Below are positions 9,045-19,358 of a stretch of DNA of 64,000 bases, piece by piece. Origin of the DNA: Candidatus Cloacimonadales bacterium. Its GTDB lineage: Bacteria > Cloacimonadota > Cloacimonadia > Cloacimonadales > JAFGVF01. Numbering within the stretch: the stretch's first letter is position 1; the number at the start of each line of letters is the position of its first letter. The stretch is taken from the NCBI GenBank assembly GCA_963678315.1, contig OY782781.1, forward strand, positions 672,001 through 736,000, given 5' to 3'. The notes under the pieces are model-generated. The model ran no database searches and had not been told where the DNA came from. It worked only from the letters and a program-made list of their open reading frames with translations. The position numbers and the translations under genes are program-made.

Positions 9045-10667
9045 TTACCTATTAATATCTAATACTACTTTAGTCTCATTCAACTCTTTAGCATATCTAT
9101 TTCGATAAAACTCTTTTGACCATGATAGAACCATATATAATCCTCTACCGGAAACATCAAAAAGGTCTTTTTCAAACAGATATGGATTGTCTAGATTATA
9201 CTTAACAGTGTCCGGAGCCCACTCAATTCCTTTATCCCACATTGTTAAAGTAAGCTTTTCTTCTTCTATTTTGAATTCGAAGACAATCCTAGCTTCTTCT
9301 TCGAAATTATATCCATGTTCAATAATATTATTAAGAAGTTCATCTATAATGATTTCAACTCGTGCTGCAAGAGTTGAGTTATTTGTCCATTCATGAACAA
9401 GCTTTTCACACTCTTGAGAAACCGCACTGACATCTTTCATCACAGCTTTAACCCAGAAGACCATTCTCTTCTCGATAGGTTTTTCTTTTTTTATTAAGTC
9501 TTCTTCTTGGCATTGTAACTGCATTGCAAAAAGAGTAAAATCATCATCACTCATTTTATAATCATTGTCCAATAAGTGTTGTTTGATTTTAAATGGAAGT
9601 GTAACTGTATTTATGTCTTCAATTTCTTTAGATAGGATATTAGTTAAACCATCAATCCCAAACTCTTTGCCTTGTGGATTTACAGATTCATTCAGTCCAT
9701 CTGTATAAAGAAGAAGTATATTATCAGATGTTAAATTTACAACATCAATATCGTCTTCATTAAAAGAATAATTAGCTGTCCAGCCTATCGGAATTGTACC
9801 TTTCTCTTCGTGACTTGTAACCTTATGACTAGTTGTATTGTACTCAATTAAAGGTGGATGGCCTGCATTAATATATTCATAGGTTTTCTTCTTAGTATCA
9901 ACTATACCTAAAATTAGTGTAAAATATGCATCGGTTGTCTTGAAAAGTTCTTTAGAAAGCATGGTATTGAGTTTTGACATCAACAAACATAGATTCATGT
10001 CATCTTTATGGTCTTCTACAAGTAGGTTGATTGTAGTTCTAACGGCTGACATAAACAATGCTGCCTGTACACCATGACCAGATATATCTCCTAAATAAAC
10101 CAAGTATTGATTTTCATTAATTTTAATTGTATTAAATACATCTCCACCTACATGATTAGATGGTACATAGTCAGAGATAAATAACATTTCTTTATCTAAT
10201 AAAATCCATTCAGGAAGTATCATTTTCATAATCAAAGAAGCAGTTATCATATCATCTTGAAGTGCTTTAAAGTAGATTTGCTTTTCTTTCTCTGCCGCCT
10301 TGATTCTAAGAATATTCTTAACTCTAGCTAATAATTCAACTGTTTGCCAAGGCTTTCTAATATAATCTAAAGCACCGGCATCAAATCCATGAGCTAAGGA
10401 TTCATTATCTACATTGGAAGTAACTTGTATAACAGGAAGTTCAGGTTCCATTTCAACAAGTCTTTTACATGTCTCAAAACCATCTAATCCTGGCATTGTA
10501 ACATCTAGAAGAACTAAATCATAGCTATTCTTGGAAACTAATTCTATCGCTTCATAACCATTGGTTCCGAATTCAACATCGTATCCATTTTTAGTCAGGG
10601 TAGAACCCAACATTTTTCTCATTATTTTTTCATCATCAACTACTAAAATTTTAGCTCTCTTTTCCAA
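9045..10667 (-). CDS. receiver + PP2C (SpoIIE/RsbU) phosphatase + RsbW-like Ser kinase fusion
   Basis: REC (LVVDDE, LLDVTMP, KP); PP2C (VGGD, GDISGHG, NAGHPP, YTDGL, DDFT); HATPase (ELLNNIIEHG, WDKG, SGRGL). TTG start after AAGGAG. Confidence 0.88.
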   Translation of the reverse strand: MEKRAKILVVDDEKIMRKMLGSTLTKNGYDVEFGTNGYEAIELVSKNSYDLVLLDVTMPGLDGFETCKRLVEMEPELPVIQVTSNVDNESLAHGFDAGALDYIRKPWQTVELLARVKNILRIKAAEKEKQIYFKALQDDMITASLIMKMILPEWILLDKEMLFISDYVPSNHVGGDVFNTIKINENQYLVYLGDISGHGVQAALFMSAVRTTINLLVEDHKDDMNLCLLMSKLNTMLSKELFKTTDAYFTLILGIVDTKKKTYEYINAGHPPLIEYNTTSHKVTSHEEKGTIPIGWTANYSFNEDDIDVVNLTSDNILLLYTDGLNESVNPQGKEFGIDGLTNILSKEIEDINTVTLPFKIKQHLLDNDYKMSDDDFTLFAMQLQCQEEDLIKKEKPIEKRMVFWVKAVMKDVSAVSQECEKLVHEWTNNSTLAARVEIIIDELLNNIIEHGYNFEEEARIVFEFKIEEEKLTLTMWDKGIEWAPDTVKYNLDNPYLFEKDLFDVSGRGLYMVLSWSKEFYRNRYAKELNETKVVLDINR

Positions 10668-10905
10668 GATAACTCCTTCGGTATCTAAATCGAACGGTTA
10701 TTATTTAGTCAATTAACAAATCACCTGAATATTGTTTTTAACAACCATTCCTACTAACCAATTTATATATATTATTCCATAAACGCCAAATAGTATGGGA
10801 ATAACATCTTTCTACTTTATCTTCAATATTTTACTAAATCATATTTAATGCTTTTAAAAGATACTTGTCAATAAAAAACTACATTCACTCAACAATCAGC
10901 TAGTT

Positions 10906-11670
10906 TTAACCATATTGTTGCTTTAGAAAGGAGTTTACTGAGGTGTAGAATTCAGACACCTCTTTAGTAGCTTTTTCACAGGCTAGATTAAGAGCATTAC
11001 CTTCTGCTAGATAACATGCTAAAGATGATGCAAAGAAACACCCTGTACCATGTGAATAATCAAGCTTTTCCCTATCTTTAGAATAATATTTTACATCTGA
11101 ATCAGTTACCAATACTTCTGTAATTGTAGGTAAAGCCATGTTAAAGTGTCCGCCTTTTATATAAACAGAACACCCATACTCGCTTAAAATTTCTTTACTT
11201 CTCTCTATCGCTTCAATCATAGATTCTGGCCTATTTTTGCCTAATAACTCAATCTCATTTCTATTTGGAGTTACAAGATCAACATAGTTGAGTAAATCCC
11301 TGTAAGAGTCTATATCTTCTGTTGAAAGAAATGAACAACCTTTACTAGGGGCAAAAACTGGGTCAAGTATAACTAATCTAGCTTTGTATTTCTTCAATAG
11401 TTCAGCTACAGCCTTGACAATCTCGATAGAACATAATGCTCCTATCTTAACTACATCAATATCAAAGGAATTAAAATTTTTCTCAATCTGTTCTATAACT
11501 TGTTGCACTGGTAAAGGATATATTTTGTCTAATCCTGTAAAATCTTGAACTGTTATTCCAGTTATAACACTTAATCCCCAAAAACCATGCCTATAAGCCA
11601 CTTTTAAATCCTGTTGGACTCCTGCCCCTCCAGAGTTATCAGACCCTGCTATAGTCATAAAATACTTCAT
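10906..11670 (-). CDS. thiD: hydroxymethylpyrimidine/phosphomethylpyrimidine kinase
   Basis: TIAGSDNSGGAGVQQDLK, VKIG, LDPV, TPN, HGTGC. Confidence 0.85.
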   Translation of the reverse strand: MKYFMTIAGSDNSGGAGVQQDLKVAYRHGFWGLSVITGITVQDFTGLDKIYPLPVQQVIEQIEKNFNSFDIDVVKIGALCSIEIVKAVAELLKKYKARLVILDPVFAPSKGCSFLSTEDIDSYRDLLNYVDLVTPNRNEIELLGKNRPESMIEAIERSKEILSEYGCSVYIKGGHFNMALPTITEVLVTDSDVKYYSKDREKLDYSHGTGCFFASSLACYLAEGNALNLACEKATKEVSEFYTSVNSFLKQQYG

Positions 11671-11874
11671 ACATCACCTCTAATTTCTAACTGTCATATA
11701 AGCTCAATAATAAACTCTTTTAGTCAAGCCAAATGCTCCATTACCTAAGATAAATTATAATTAATGCACGCATAATTCCAAACTATACTTTCTTATGAAA
11801 AAATCACTAGTTTTCTAGTAGACCTGAGATATAGTAAATTATTTTGGATAATATAAAATTTGTTATATAAAAAA

Positions 11875-11970
11875 AGCCAGGTTACCGGCGGCACACAATA
11901 AGCACCCCTTAATGCTGCTTCATTCCTGACCTGACATGGTTCGAGGGTTAAAGTTGCACCGGACCTGACT
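11875..11970 (-). ncRNA. ffs: small SRP RNA (4.5S)
   Basis: Minus strand has CATGTCAGGTCAGGAATGAAGCAGCAT (domain IV with GGAA tetraloop). Ends AGTCAGGT/ACCTGGCT pair and are followed by a T run. TTGACA at 12003-11998 upstream. Confidence 0.9.
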
Positions 11971-12164
11971 TGGCAAAGTTAATTTTCATTAGTTTCATGT
12001 CAAGAATTAATAAATATTTATCTGAAAGAACATTTATCGCTATTCGGAAATGCATTTATTTCAATTTTAATTATTTAGCCACGAATAACACCAATCTTCA
12101 CAAATCCAGACCATAAACAATTAAAGCAATGCATCATCTGGGATAAAAAACATTTGATAAACAG

Positions 12165-13088
12165 TTTGCGTAAGCATGAAGTTCCTTCAACCTATCGGTG
12201 GATGCTTACACTCCATCACCATCTGGGTGCACAAGCTACAGTCTTCGCCTGTCACAGTCCTTGCTTGTATCTGAGACATTTTTCCATACGTCTCTACAAA
12301 TTCACTTATAACTTCGTTCTAAGTGAAGCCAGCTCGGAGGCTGGCGATCCCAGTAACTCCTAACTTCTCACTCCTAACTACTAACCCCTAACTCCTCACT
12401 CCATCTGTCCAGTCCTAAATAATTTGACTGTTTTTCGTGTTATTCGTGCTTTTCGTGGTAAACTTCTCTGTTTGCAGATAAAGCTTAGCCTTTATGTCGC
12501 CCTTTCAGGGCTTTTTTTATTTTTTAACTATTACATGGAGGGCAAGCCTCCATGCTTAGTATATGCCACCCCTTCGGGGTTAGACGAACGTCCGTTCGTC
12601 TCTACAAATTCACTTATAACTTCGTTCTAAGTGAAGCCAGCTCGGAGGCTGGCGATCCCAGTAACTCCTAAATTCTCCACTCCTAACTCCTAACTTCTAA
12701 CTTCTAACTCCTAACTTCTAACTCCTAACTCCATCTGTCCAGTCCTAAATAATTTGACTGTTTTTCGTGTTATTCGTGCTTTTCGTGGTAAACTTCTCTG
12801 TTTGCAGATAAAGCTTAGCCTTTATGTCGCCCTTTCAGGGCTTTTTTTATTTTTTAACTATTACATGGAGGGCAAGCCTCCATGCTTAGTATATGCCACC
12901 CCTTCGGGGTTAGACGAACGTCCGTTCGTCTCTACAAATTCACTTATAACTTCGTTCTAAGTGAAGCCAGCTCGGAGGCTGGCGATCCCAGTAACTCCTA
13001 AATTCTCCACTCCTAACTCCTCACTCCTAACTTCTGCCTTAAGGGTCTCCTTGAAAAATCGGCTTTTTTTCAAGGTGGCAAGTAAGGG
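12165..13088. repeat. modular hairpin repeat, locus 2, with 330-bp tandem duplication and heptamer tracts
   Basis: 12401-12670 repeated at 12731-13000; core module present three times; (ACTCCTA/ACTTCTA)n tracts; opposite orientation to locus 1. Confidence 0.92.
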
Positions 13089-13178
13089 AGCTCTAAAGGT
13101 CTACTTTTGAAATAAAAAAAAACCGATTAAAACTTCTTTGCAAAAGTGATAATCGGATATCTATGTGTTTGGTTGTTG

Positions 13179-13655
13179 TTAATGTTCTGGCGGTGGTGGA
13201 GGCATTTCTCCTTCACGGTGTCCCCTATTTCTTCTGCCAGGTCTTTCTTTTTTCATATTTTTAAGATGGAAGCCAAAGACTTCTTGTGCTTGTTGGTAGC
13301 TAATATTTTTTCTAAGACTAATCATTTCTTCATGAATATTCTTAGTGATTTTAGAATTAAAGGCTTGAATCTTTTCTACAGAAGTTTCAAGATAATCATA
13401 ATCAGGATTCTCTTTGACTAGCTCTTGCATGAACTTAATCTTTTCTTTACGATTATCTTCATTAATAGTTTGTATTCTTTTTTTATATTTGTTGTGCACT
13501 TCTGGGTGAATCTTTTTCATCTTTTGGAAGTGCTGTAACATTTCCTTTTGCTCATTGTTGTGGAATCTTCTGTAGCGAAGAACCATAGTTGTAACCACTG
13601 CTATGTTAAAAGCTAGAGATACAATCAAAAGTATTGTTATTATTCTTTTACTCAT
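13179..13655 (-). CDS. periplasmic heavy-metal-sensor/CpxP-like helical protein
   Basis: LLIVSLAFNIA TM, helical body, Pro-rich tail; third gene of the ECF operon. Confidence 0.7.
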   Translation of the reverse strand: MSKRIITILLIVSLAFNIAVVTTMVLRYRRFHNNEQKEMLQHFQKMKKIHPEVHNKYKKRIQTINEDNRKEKIKFMQELVKENPDYDYLETSVEKIQAFNSKITKNIHEEMISLRKNISYQQAQEVFGFHLKNMKKERPGRRNRGHREGEMPPPPPEH

Positions 13656-13666
13656 AATATCACCCT

Positions 13667-14074
13667 CTATTCATCGTAATATACAGTTAAATAATCATCA
13701 AGACTAACAGAAGCCACAACTGTAGTTTGACTGCTTTCTTCTGTTGTTGTATTGCTATTAGTGAACAGTATGTTGGTTGAGAATATTCCCAAATATACAC
13801 TAAGTGCTGTAGCAAGAGCGGGTAGAGCAAACTTTGAAAAGAAGCTTCTTTTCTCACTCTTAGAATATTCGATACTATTCAAAATTCTTTCAGATACGTA
13901 AGCAGGTGTTTCAAGCTCAATGGTATCATCCATAATGTTAAATAGCATTTTAGCTTCTTCATATTGTTTCTTAAAAGAACTATCCTTCTGCAATAATTCT
14001 TTGAGAAGCTTTTCGTCCTGCTTGCTAGCTTCACCATCAAGACAGCGGTTAATCAATCTATCGTATTTCATCAT
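13667..14074 (-). CDS. putative membrane anti-sigma factor
   Basis: LINRCLDGE N-terminus, single TM, directly follows ECF sigma. Confidence 0.7.
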   Translation of the reverse strand: MMKYDRLINRCLDGEASKQDEKLLKELLQKDSSFKKQYEEAKMLFNIMDDTIELETPAYVSERILNSIEYSKSEKRSFFSKFALPALATALSVYLGIFSTNILFTNSNTTTEESSQTTVVASVSLDDYLTVYYDE

Positions 14075-14104
14075 TCTCTCCTAAAAAGGTTGAGTTCTCA
14101 CTAT

Positions 14105-14602
14105 TCACGGTCTATATTTACTTATTTCTTTTCTCATCTTCTTTCTAGCTCTAACAAGCTGTGATTCTATTGCCTTCACTGAAAGTCCGGTTTCTTCAGA
14201 AATCTCTTTATAAGACAATTTCCTAAAGTTTTTCATTTCTATCAACATTGCCATCTTAACTGGAAGCTTGGCTATTGCCATGTGTATCAACTTCGAGTTC
14301 TCTTCTTTAATCTTCTCATCTGAAGACTTATCTTCTTCAGCAAGATTCTTAAAATCAAGGGGAGCTACTAAGGTAAACTTCTTTCTCTTCTTAAGGAAAT
14401 CTAAAGACCTATTATGACAAGATCTATACAGATATGAAGAAACTTTCTCTTCATCTACCCTTTCCATTTTACTATGAAAAGATAAGAAAACACTTTGAAG
14501 AATATCTTCAGCATCTTCCCTATTGTGTACAAATTTATACACATAGCCATAAAGCTTAGGTCCATAATCCTTAACTATTTTTTCGAAATTACCTATATTC
14601 AT
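14105..14602 (-). CDS. ECF RNA polymerase sigma factor
   Basis: DAEDILQSVF region 2; LSYKEISEETG..AIESQLVRAR region 4; ATG at 14602 preceded by GGGAGA. Confidence 0.92.
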   Translation of the reverse strand: MNIGNFEKIVKDYGPKLYGYVYKFVHNREDAEDILQSVFLSFHSKMERVDEEKVSSYLYRSCHNRSLDFLKKRKKFTLVAPLDFKNLAEEDKSSDEKIKEENSKLIHMAIAKLPVKMAMLIEMKNFRKLSYKEISEETGLSVKAIESQLVRARKKMRKEISKYRP

Positions 14603-14620
14603 TAAATCTCCCAAACTTAT

Positions 14621-14648
14621 AGACGGGCTAACTTGAATAATCCTTCAC
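14621..14648 (-). promoter_or_regulatory. putative ECF sigma autoregulatory promoter GTGAAGGA-N16-GTCT
   Basis: Directly upstream of the sigma gene; same motif and spacing at 27234-27261. Confidence 0.65.
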
Positions 14649-14741
14649 TTTTTTATAAAAAAAAGCAAGATTATACAAAATCTTGCTCAATATATTACAT
14701 ATTTATCTCAAATATTTTAGTTAACTTGTCAATGATAGTTA

Positions 14742-15365
14742 CTAATCGTCTTCTTCCATTTCAGGCTTAACAATAGTTTCATAGCAAGTTGGACAGATAC
14801 TATGACTGAATTGAGTATCAGAATGTTCACTGATATACTGGTCAAGATCTTGCCAAGACTTATCATCTAGTCTAACTTTCTTACAGTAAGAGCAGATGGA
14901 AATCATCTTTTCAAGAGATCTAACTCGGCTTAAACTTTCTTCAAGCGCCTGACGTTGACTTTCAAGTTTAAGTGCTGATTGCACTCGGACCATCAATTCA
15001 ATATGATTAAAAGGCTTGCTTATATAATCCATTGCCCCCAAATTAAAGCTCTTTTTGAGAGGTTTCATTTCGTCAGCAAGCGGTAGAGCAGTAATCACAA
15101 TAACAGGAATATGTTTGAAAGCATTTCTCTTTTTGATATAATCAAGAACTTCATATCCGCTCATTTCAGGCATCATAATATCTAATAGAATAATATCAGG
15201 AAGCTCTGAATCAAGTCTATCAATCAGTTCTTGGCCACTTGAGAATAGTTGCAAGTTATCGTAATTATTCTGATTCAGAATAGCTTTAATGAGACGTAGA
15301 TTTATCGGGTCATCATCAACCACATAAATCAGCATGTGTTCTAGCGATTTATTCATATTAATCAT
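14742..15365 (-). CDS. response regulator with C-terminal Cys/His zinc-ribbon-like domain
   Basis: REC (VVDDD, LLDIMMP, KPF), then ICSYCKKVR...FSHSICPTC. Confidence 0.85.
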   Translation of the reverse strand: MINMNKSLEHMLIYVVDDDPINLRLIKAILNQNNYDNLQLFSSGQELIDRLDSELPDIILLDIMMPEMSGYEVLDYIKKRNAFKHIPVIVITALPLADEMKPLKKSFNLGAMDYISKPFNHIELMVRVQSALKLESQRQALEESLSRVRSLEKMISICSYCKKVRLDDKSWQDLDQYISEHSDTQFSHSICPTCYETIVKPEMEEDD

Positions 15366-17085
15366 CCTTTTTTAATGATTCTGAATACTCAAACATTTCC
15401 TCAAGGGTATCGTATCTATCGAAAAGTTTTTTTGCTTCTTGGAGTTGAGTATCCATTGCTATTCGAATACGATAGCCTTCCTGACTACCAAATTTTTTCT
15501 CAATAATTTCACTTGTCAATGATAGTTTTACAAAATCCTTAGAATTCTCAACATCATTAGGGTTAGGATTAGCTAAATCTATTGTATTTGTGCTAACATT
15601 ATCAATTTCAGGATTTTCTATAAGACTCTCAATAGTCTTTTCTCTAGCGAATTCATAGAAAGCAGAAACAACTTTATCATCAGCACGGAAGTCTAAATCT
15701 ACATCATCAGAATGTTCTAACATATACTCAACAGCAAAATCAAAGAAATAGTTCTTTCTTCTTAGTTCTAGTTCAAACCTAGAAAGTGTGTCTGCCTCAA
15801 TAACAATATCAGGATTGATACCGCCACCACCATAAACAACTCGTCCTTTTTGAGTGTGATAGATATGTTCATGGTTAGTTTTTTCTATATCTTCTTGCTC
15901 TTCTTTAGTAACTTTCTTACCTGTGAGAATCTTGTCATTAATGATTTTATGAATACATCTTCCAGAATTAATATAGTAATGAGAAGTAGTGATTTTAATG
16001 CCAGAACCATCAGTTAGTCTGAATAGTTGTTGAACTGAACCTTTACCGAAAGATGTCTTACCTAATACTAAACCTCTGTCATAATCTTGCATAGAACCTG
16101 AGAAGATTTCTGATGCACTTGCAGAAGCTTCGTTAATAAGCACAACAATAGGGTAGTCATTACGTTTAATATCTTTTTCTGTGAAATACTCATCATTAGC
16201 AAAATTAGCTCTTCCTTGAGTGTAAACAACCCTTTTATTAGGACCAATAAACTCATTTACAGTGTTGATTGCTTCATTAAGAAGTCCACCCGGATTGAAT
16301 CTTAAATCAATTATTAATCCTTCCATGCCATCAGCTTCAAGCTTATCTAAAGCTGCAGATAACTCAGTAGAAGTATTGCTATTGAATTGAGACATTCGGA
16401 TATAACCAACATTGTTATCAAGCTTAAAGCTATAAGGAACACTCTTTATCTTTATAACATCTCTAACGATTTTGAAATCAAGAGCTTCTTTAACACCAGG
16501 TCTGATTACAGTAATAACAACTTCACTACCAATGGCTCCACGCATCTTTTTGATAGATTCATCAGTAGTAATACCTGAAATATCTTCCCCATCGACCTTC
16601 CAAATCATGTCACCTGCCATGATACCCATTTTGTAAGCTGGAGTTCCTTCAATCGGACTAACAACAGTAATGAAATCACCTTTCTTATCTATCTGGATAC
16701 CTAAGCCACCGAACTCACCTTTAGTTGAGCTTGAGAACTTAGCAAATTCATCTGGACTGAAGTAAGTAGTGTGGGGATCAAGCCCTTTAAGCATTCCATT
16801 TATAGCGTCAGTAATAAGCTGGTCATTATCTACTTCATCAACGTAAATCATGTTTAATCTACGTACAATATCAAGCATTTTTGCTACATTCTGAGATATT
16901 GAACTTCCACCACTTTGATTATTATTTATCTGTGCAACTAAGTCGCCTTTATCCATACTCAATAGGACATTAGCTTCATCTGCTCTATCTTTTGAATTAG
17001 CATTTGTGTATGCTAATAAACCTGTCATTATCCATAAAATAGAAAACGCTAAGACCACTGACTTGTTAAATTTACTTAACTTCAT
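15358..17085 (-). CDS. carboxy-terminal processing protease, S41 family
   Basis: LDPHT, GGLGI PDZ, IDLRFNPGGLL, SASASEI, SFGKGSVQ. Confidence 0.93.
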   Translation of the reverse strand: MKLSKFNKSVVLAFSILWIMTGLLAYTNANSKDRADEANVLLSMDKGDLVAQINNNQSGGSSISQNVAKMLDIVRRLNMIYVDEVDNDQLITDAINGMLKGLDPHTTYFSPDEFAKFSSSTKGEFGGLGIQIDKKGDFITVVSPIEGTPAYKMGIMAGDMIWKVDGEDISGITTDESIKKMRGAIGSEVVITVIRPGVKEALDFKIVRDVIKIKSVPYSFKLDNNVGYIRMSQFNSNTSTELSAALDKLEADGMEGLIIDLRFNPGGLLNEAINTVNEFIGPNKRVVYTQGRANFANDEYFTEKDIKRNDYPIVVLINEASASASEIFSGSMQDYDRGLVLGKTSFGKGSVQQLFRLTDGSGIKITTSHYYINSGRCIHKIINDKILTGKKVTKEEQEDIEKTNHEHIYHTQKGRVVYGGGGINPDIVIEADTLSRFELELRRKNYFFDFAVEYMLEHSDDVDLDFRADDKVVSAFYEFAREKTIESLIENPEIDNVSTNTIDLANPNPNDVENSKDFVKLSLTSEIIEKKFGSQEGYRIRIAMDTQLQEAKKLFDRYDTLEEMFEYSESLKKDD

Positions 17086-17086
17086 G

Positions 17087-17710
17087 TTAACCTTCCAACT
17101 TTTTATTAATTATTGTTTTAATCTCTGCAAATATATCTTCCACACTTTTTGTTCCATCAAGTATAATATATCTATTTTTAAACTCAGTAGCCAGTTTTAG
17201 AAACTCTTTTCTTACCTTTTTGTGGAAGGTGTCTGGTTCCTGTTCCATTCTATCCTTCCCTCTTCCTGCAATTCTATTCATACTTTCTTCGACAGTAATA
17301 TCAAGCAAGAAGGTAATGTCTGGAGAAGTAGAGTAAGTAGCAAAATCAGTTAAAGTATCAATTACTTGCCTATTTAAGTCACGTGCTGCACCTTGATAAG
17401 CAAGGGTAGAATCATAATACCTATCGCAAATTACATGCTTACCGGAATTCAAGGCAGGAATAATCTTCTCACCAGTGTGTTGAGCTCTACTAGCCATATA
17501 AAGAAGCAATTCTGTTTCAGGGTTTAACTCTTTGTGAGAACTATCAAGCAGAATTTCTCTTATCTTCTCAGATATAAACGTTCCACCTGGCTCTCTGGTT
17601 ACACAAAAAGATATATTATTTGCCTGAAAGTAGTCTGACAATAGTTTAGTTTGTGTTGATTTTCCGCAACCTTCTATTCCTTCGAATGTTATAAATAAAC
17701 CTTTTTTCAT
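17087..17710 (-). CDS. tmk: thymidylate kinase
   Basis: FEGIEGCGKSTQ, TREPGG, CDRYYDST.AYQG. Confidence 0.95.
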   Translation of the reverse strand: MKKGLFITFEGIEGCGKSTQTKLLSDYFQANNISFCVTREPGGTFISEKIREILLDSSHKELNPETELLLYMASRAQHTGEKIIPALNSGKHVICDRYYDSTLAYQGAARDLNRQVIDTLTDFATYSTSPDITFLLDITVEESMNRIAGRGKDRMEQEPDTFHKKVRKEFLKLATEFKNRYIILDGTKSVEDIFAEIKTIINKKLEG

Positions 17711-17740
17711 TGTATTCCCATATTAATTTATCAATATCAT

Positions 17741-19357
17741 TTAGATTATCGTATCTTTTTTGTACATTGCATCATTACGTTCCGGATAATCAATAACGTA
17801 GTGAGCACCTCTACTCTCTTTTCTTGCAAGGGCTGAGATGATTATTGCTCTAGCGATAATAGCTAGATTTCTAGTTTCAATAACCTCTTTTCTTACTGAA
17901 TTATGCTGATAGAAATTGTTAATTTCCATATAAATATTATCTAATCTTTTTAGGGCATACTTCAATAATCGCCTTGACCTAATAATACCTACATAACCTT
18001 GCATAATTTGTCCAATAATTTCTTTATTATTAGAAATTATAACCCATTCATTCTCGTTAAACTCACCTAAGTCTTGCCATTTAGGAATCTCAGGAAAATC
18101 TACATCTTTTTTCATATCTTCGTTATGGGCAGCTCTATAGGCAATGACCAAGCTTTCTAAAAGAGAATTAGAAGCAAGTCGGTTAGCTCCGTGAAGTCCA
18201 GTACAAGCCACCTCTCCTGCTGCGTAAAGTCCTTTTATATCAGTTTGACCATTAATAGAAGTTAGCACTCCCCCACAGAAGTAATGAGCTGCAGGAGCGA
18301 TAGGTATTGGCTGTGATGTAAAATCTACCCCTTGCTTTAAACATTTACGGTTTATATACGGGAAGTGGCTTTTTAGCTCTTCTGCTGGAATATGCCTTGC
18401 ATCAAGATGTAAGAATTTATCACCTGACTTCTTGAGCTCTCTTTCAATGGCACGGGAGACTATATCTCTAGGTGCTAGACAACCCATTTCATGGTATTTC
18501 TCCATGAAGGTTTTGCCGTTTTGTAGTTTAAGAATAGCTCCTTCACCTCGCAAGGCTTCACTTACCAAGAAAGTCTTACCTATATGAGAATAGAAAGCTG
18601 TTGGATGGAATTGGATAAACTCCATATTAGCCAATCTTGCCCCAGCGAGTTTTGCCATAGCAATACCGTCACCAGTAGCAACTTTAGGGTTTGTGTTATG
18701 GTTATAAACTTGACCTGCCCCACCTGTAGCCAGCATAGTCTTCTTAGCTCTGAAAATCTCAATCTGATTATTTGAAGTATCCATCACATAAGCGCCCCAG
18801 CAGGTAATCTCTGCTATAAATTCTTCTAGTTGAGGAATATGATGTTGGGTTATTAAATCTACTGCAAGATGATTCTCATAGAGAGAGATATTTGGATTGT
18901 TTGTACAGTTCTCTATCAATGCTTCCATAATCAAGTGACCAGTAGAATCTTTAGCATAAGCTACTCTTGGTCTTGAGTGTCCACCTTCTCTGGTCAGTGA
19001 TAAATTCTCTATACTTTTATGCATGATTGAGTCGTTTACGGTAAATTCTGTACCAATATCAATTAAGTATTGGATTAGAGCCGGACCATCCTCAACAATC
19101 TGAGATATGACTTTCTTTTTACCTAATTCTGCGCCAGCTTTATATGTGTCACGTATATGTTCATCAAAGGTATCTTGCTTGTTTAAAACTGCTGCAATCC
19201 CCCCTTGGGCAAAGTCTGTATTACAATCTCTTAACTTCTTTTTTGTAACTACAGCTACTTTACCTAGTTTAGCTGCTTCTAAAGCGAACACTAAACCTGC
19301 AATACCACTACCAATCACTAAATAATCATAATTTTTCATTTCAGCCTTCTTCAACAA
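17741..19357 (-). CDS. nadB: L-aspartate oxidase
   Basis: GSGIAG, AQGGIAA, EGGHS, QFHPT, SEALRGEG, GLHGANRLASNSLLE, ESRGAH. Confidence 0.93.
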   Translation of the reverse strand: MLKKAEMKNYDYLVIGSGIAGLVFALEAAKLGKVAVVTKKKLRDCNTDFAQGGIAAVLNKQDTFDEHIRDTYKAGAELGKKKVISQIVEDGPALIQYLIDIGTEFTVNDSIMHKSIENLSLTREGGHSRPRVAYAKDSTGHLIMEALIENCTNNPNISLYENHLAVDLITQHHIPQLEEFIAEITCWGAYVMDTSNNQIEIFRAKKTMLATGGAGQVYNHNTNPKVATGDGIAMAKLAGARLANMEFIQFHPTAFYSHIGKTFLVSEALRGEGAILKLQNGKTFMEKYHEMGCLAPRDIVSRAIERELKKSGDKFLHLDARHIPAEELKSHFPYINRKCLKQGVDFTSQPIPIAPAAHYFCGGVLTSINGQTDIKGLYAAGEVACTGLHGANRLASNSLLESLVIAYRAAHNEDMKKDVDFPEIPKWQDLGEFNENEWVIISNNKEIIGQIMQGYVGIIRSRRLLKYALKRLDNIYMEINNFYQHNSVRKEVIETRNLAIIARAIIISALARKESRGAHYVIDYPERNDAMYKKDTII

Positions 19358-19358
19358 A

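Noticed and set aside
11670..11870. TPP riboswitch upstream of thiD
   Set aside because: No CTGAGA or other TPP core motifs in the sense orientation.
12165..13088. CRISPR array (also considered for 22702-25860)
   Set aside because: Units are 220-330 bp and near-identical throughout, with no constant short repeat separated by unique spacers, and there are no cas genes in the window.
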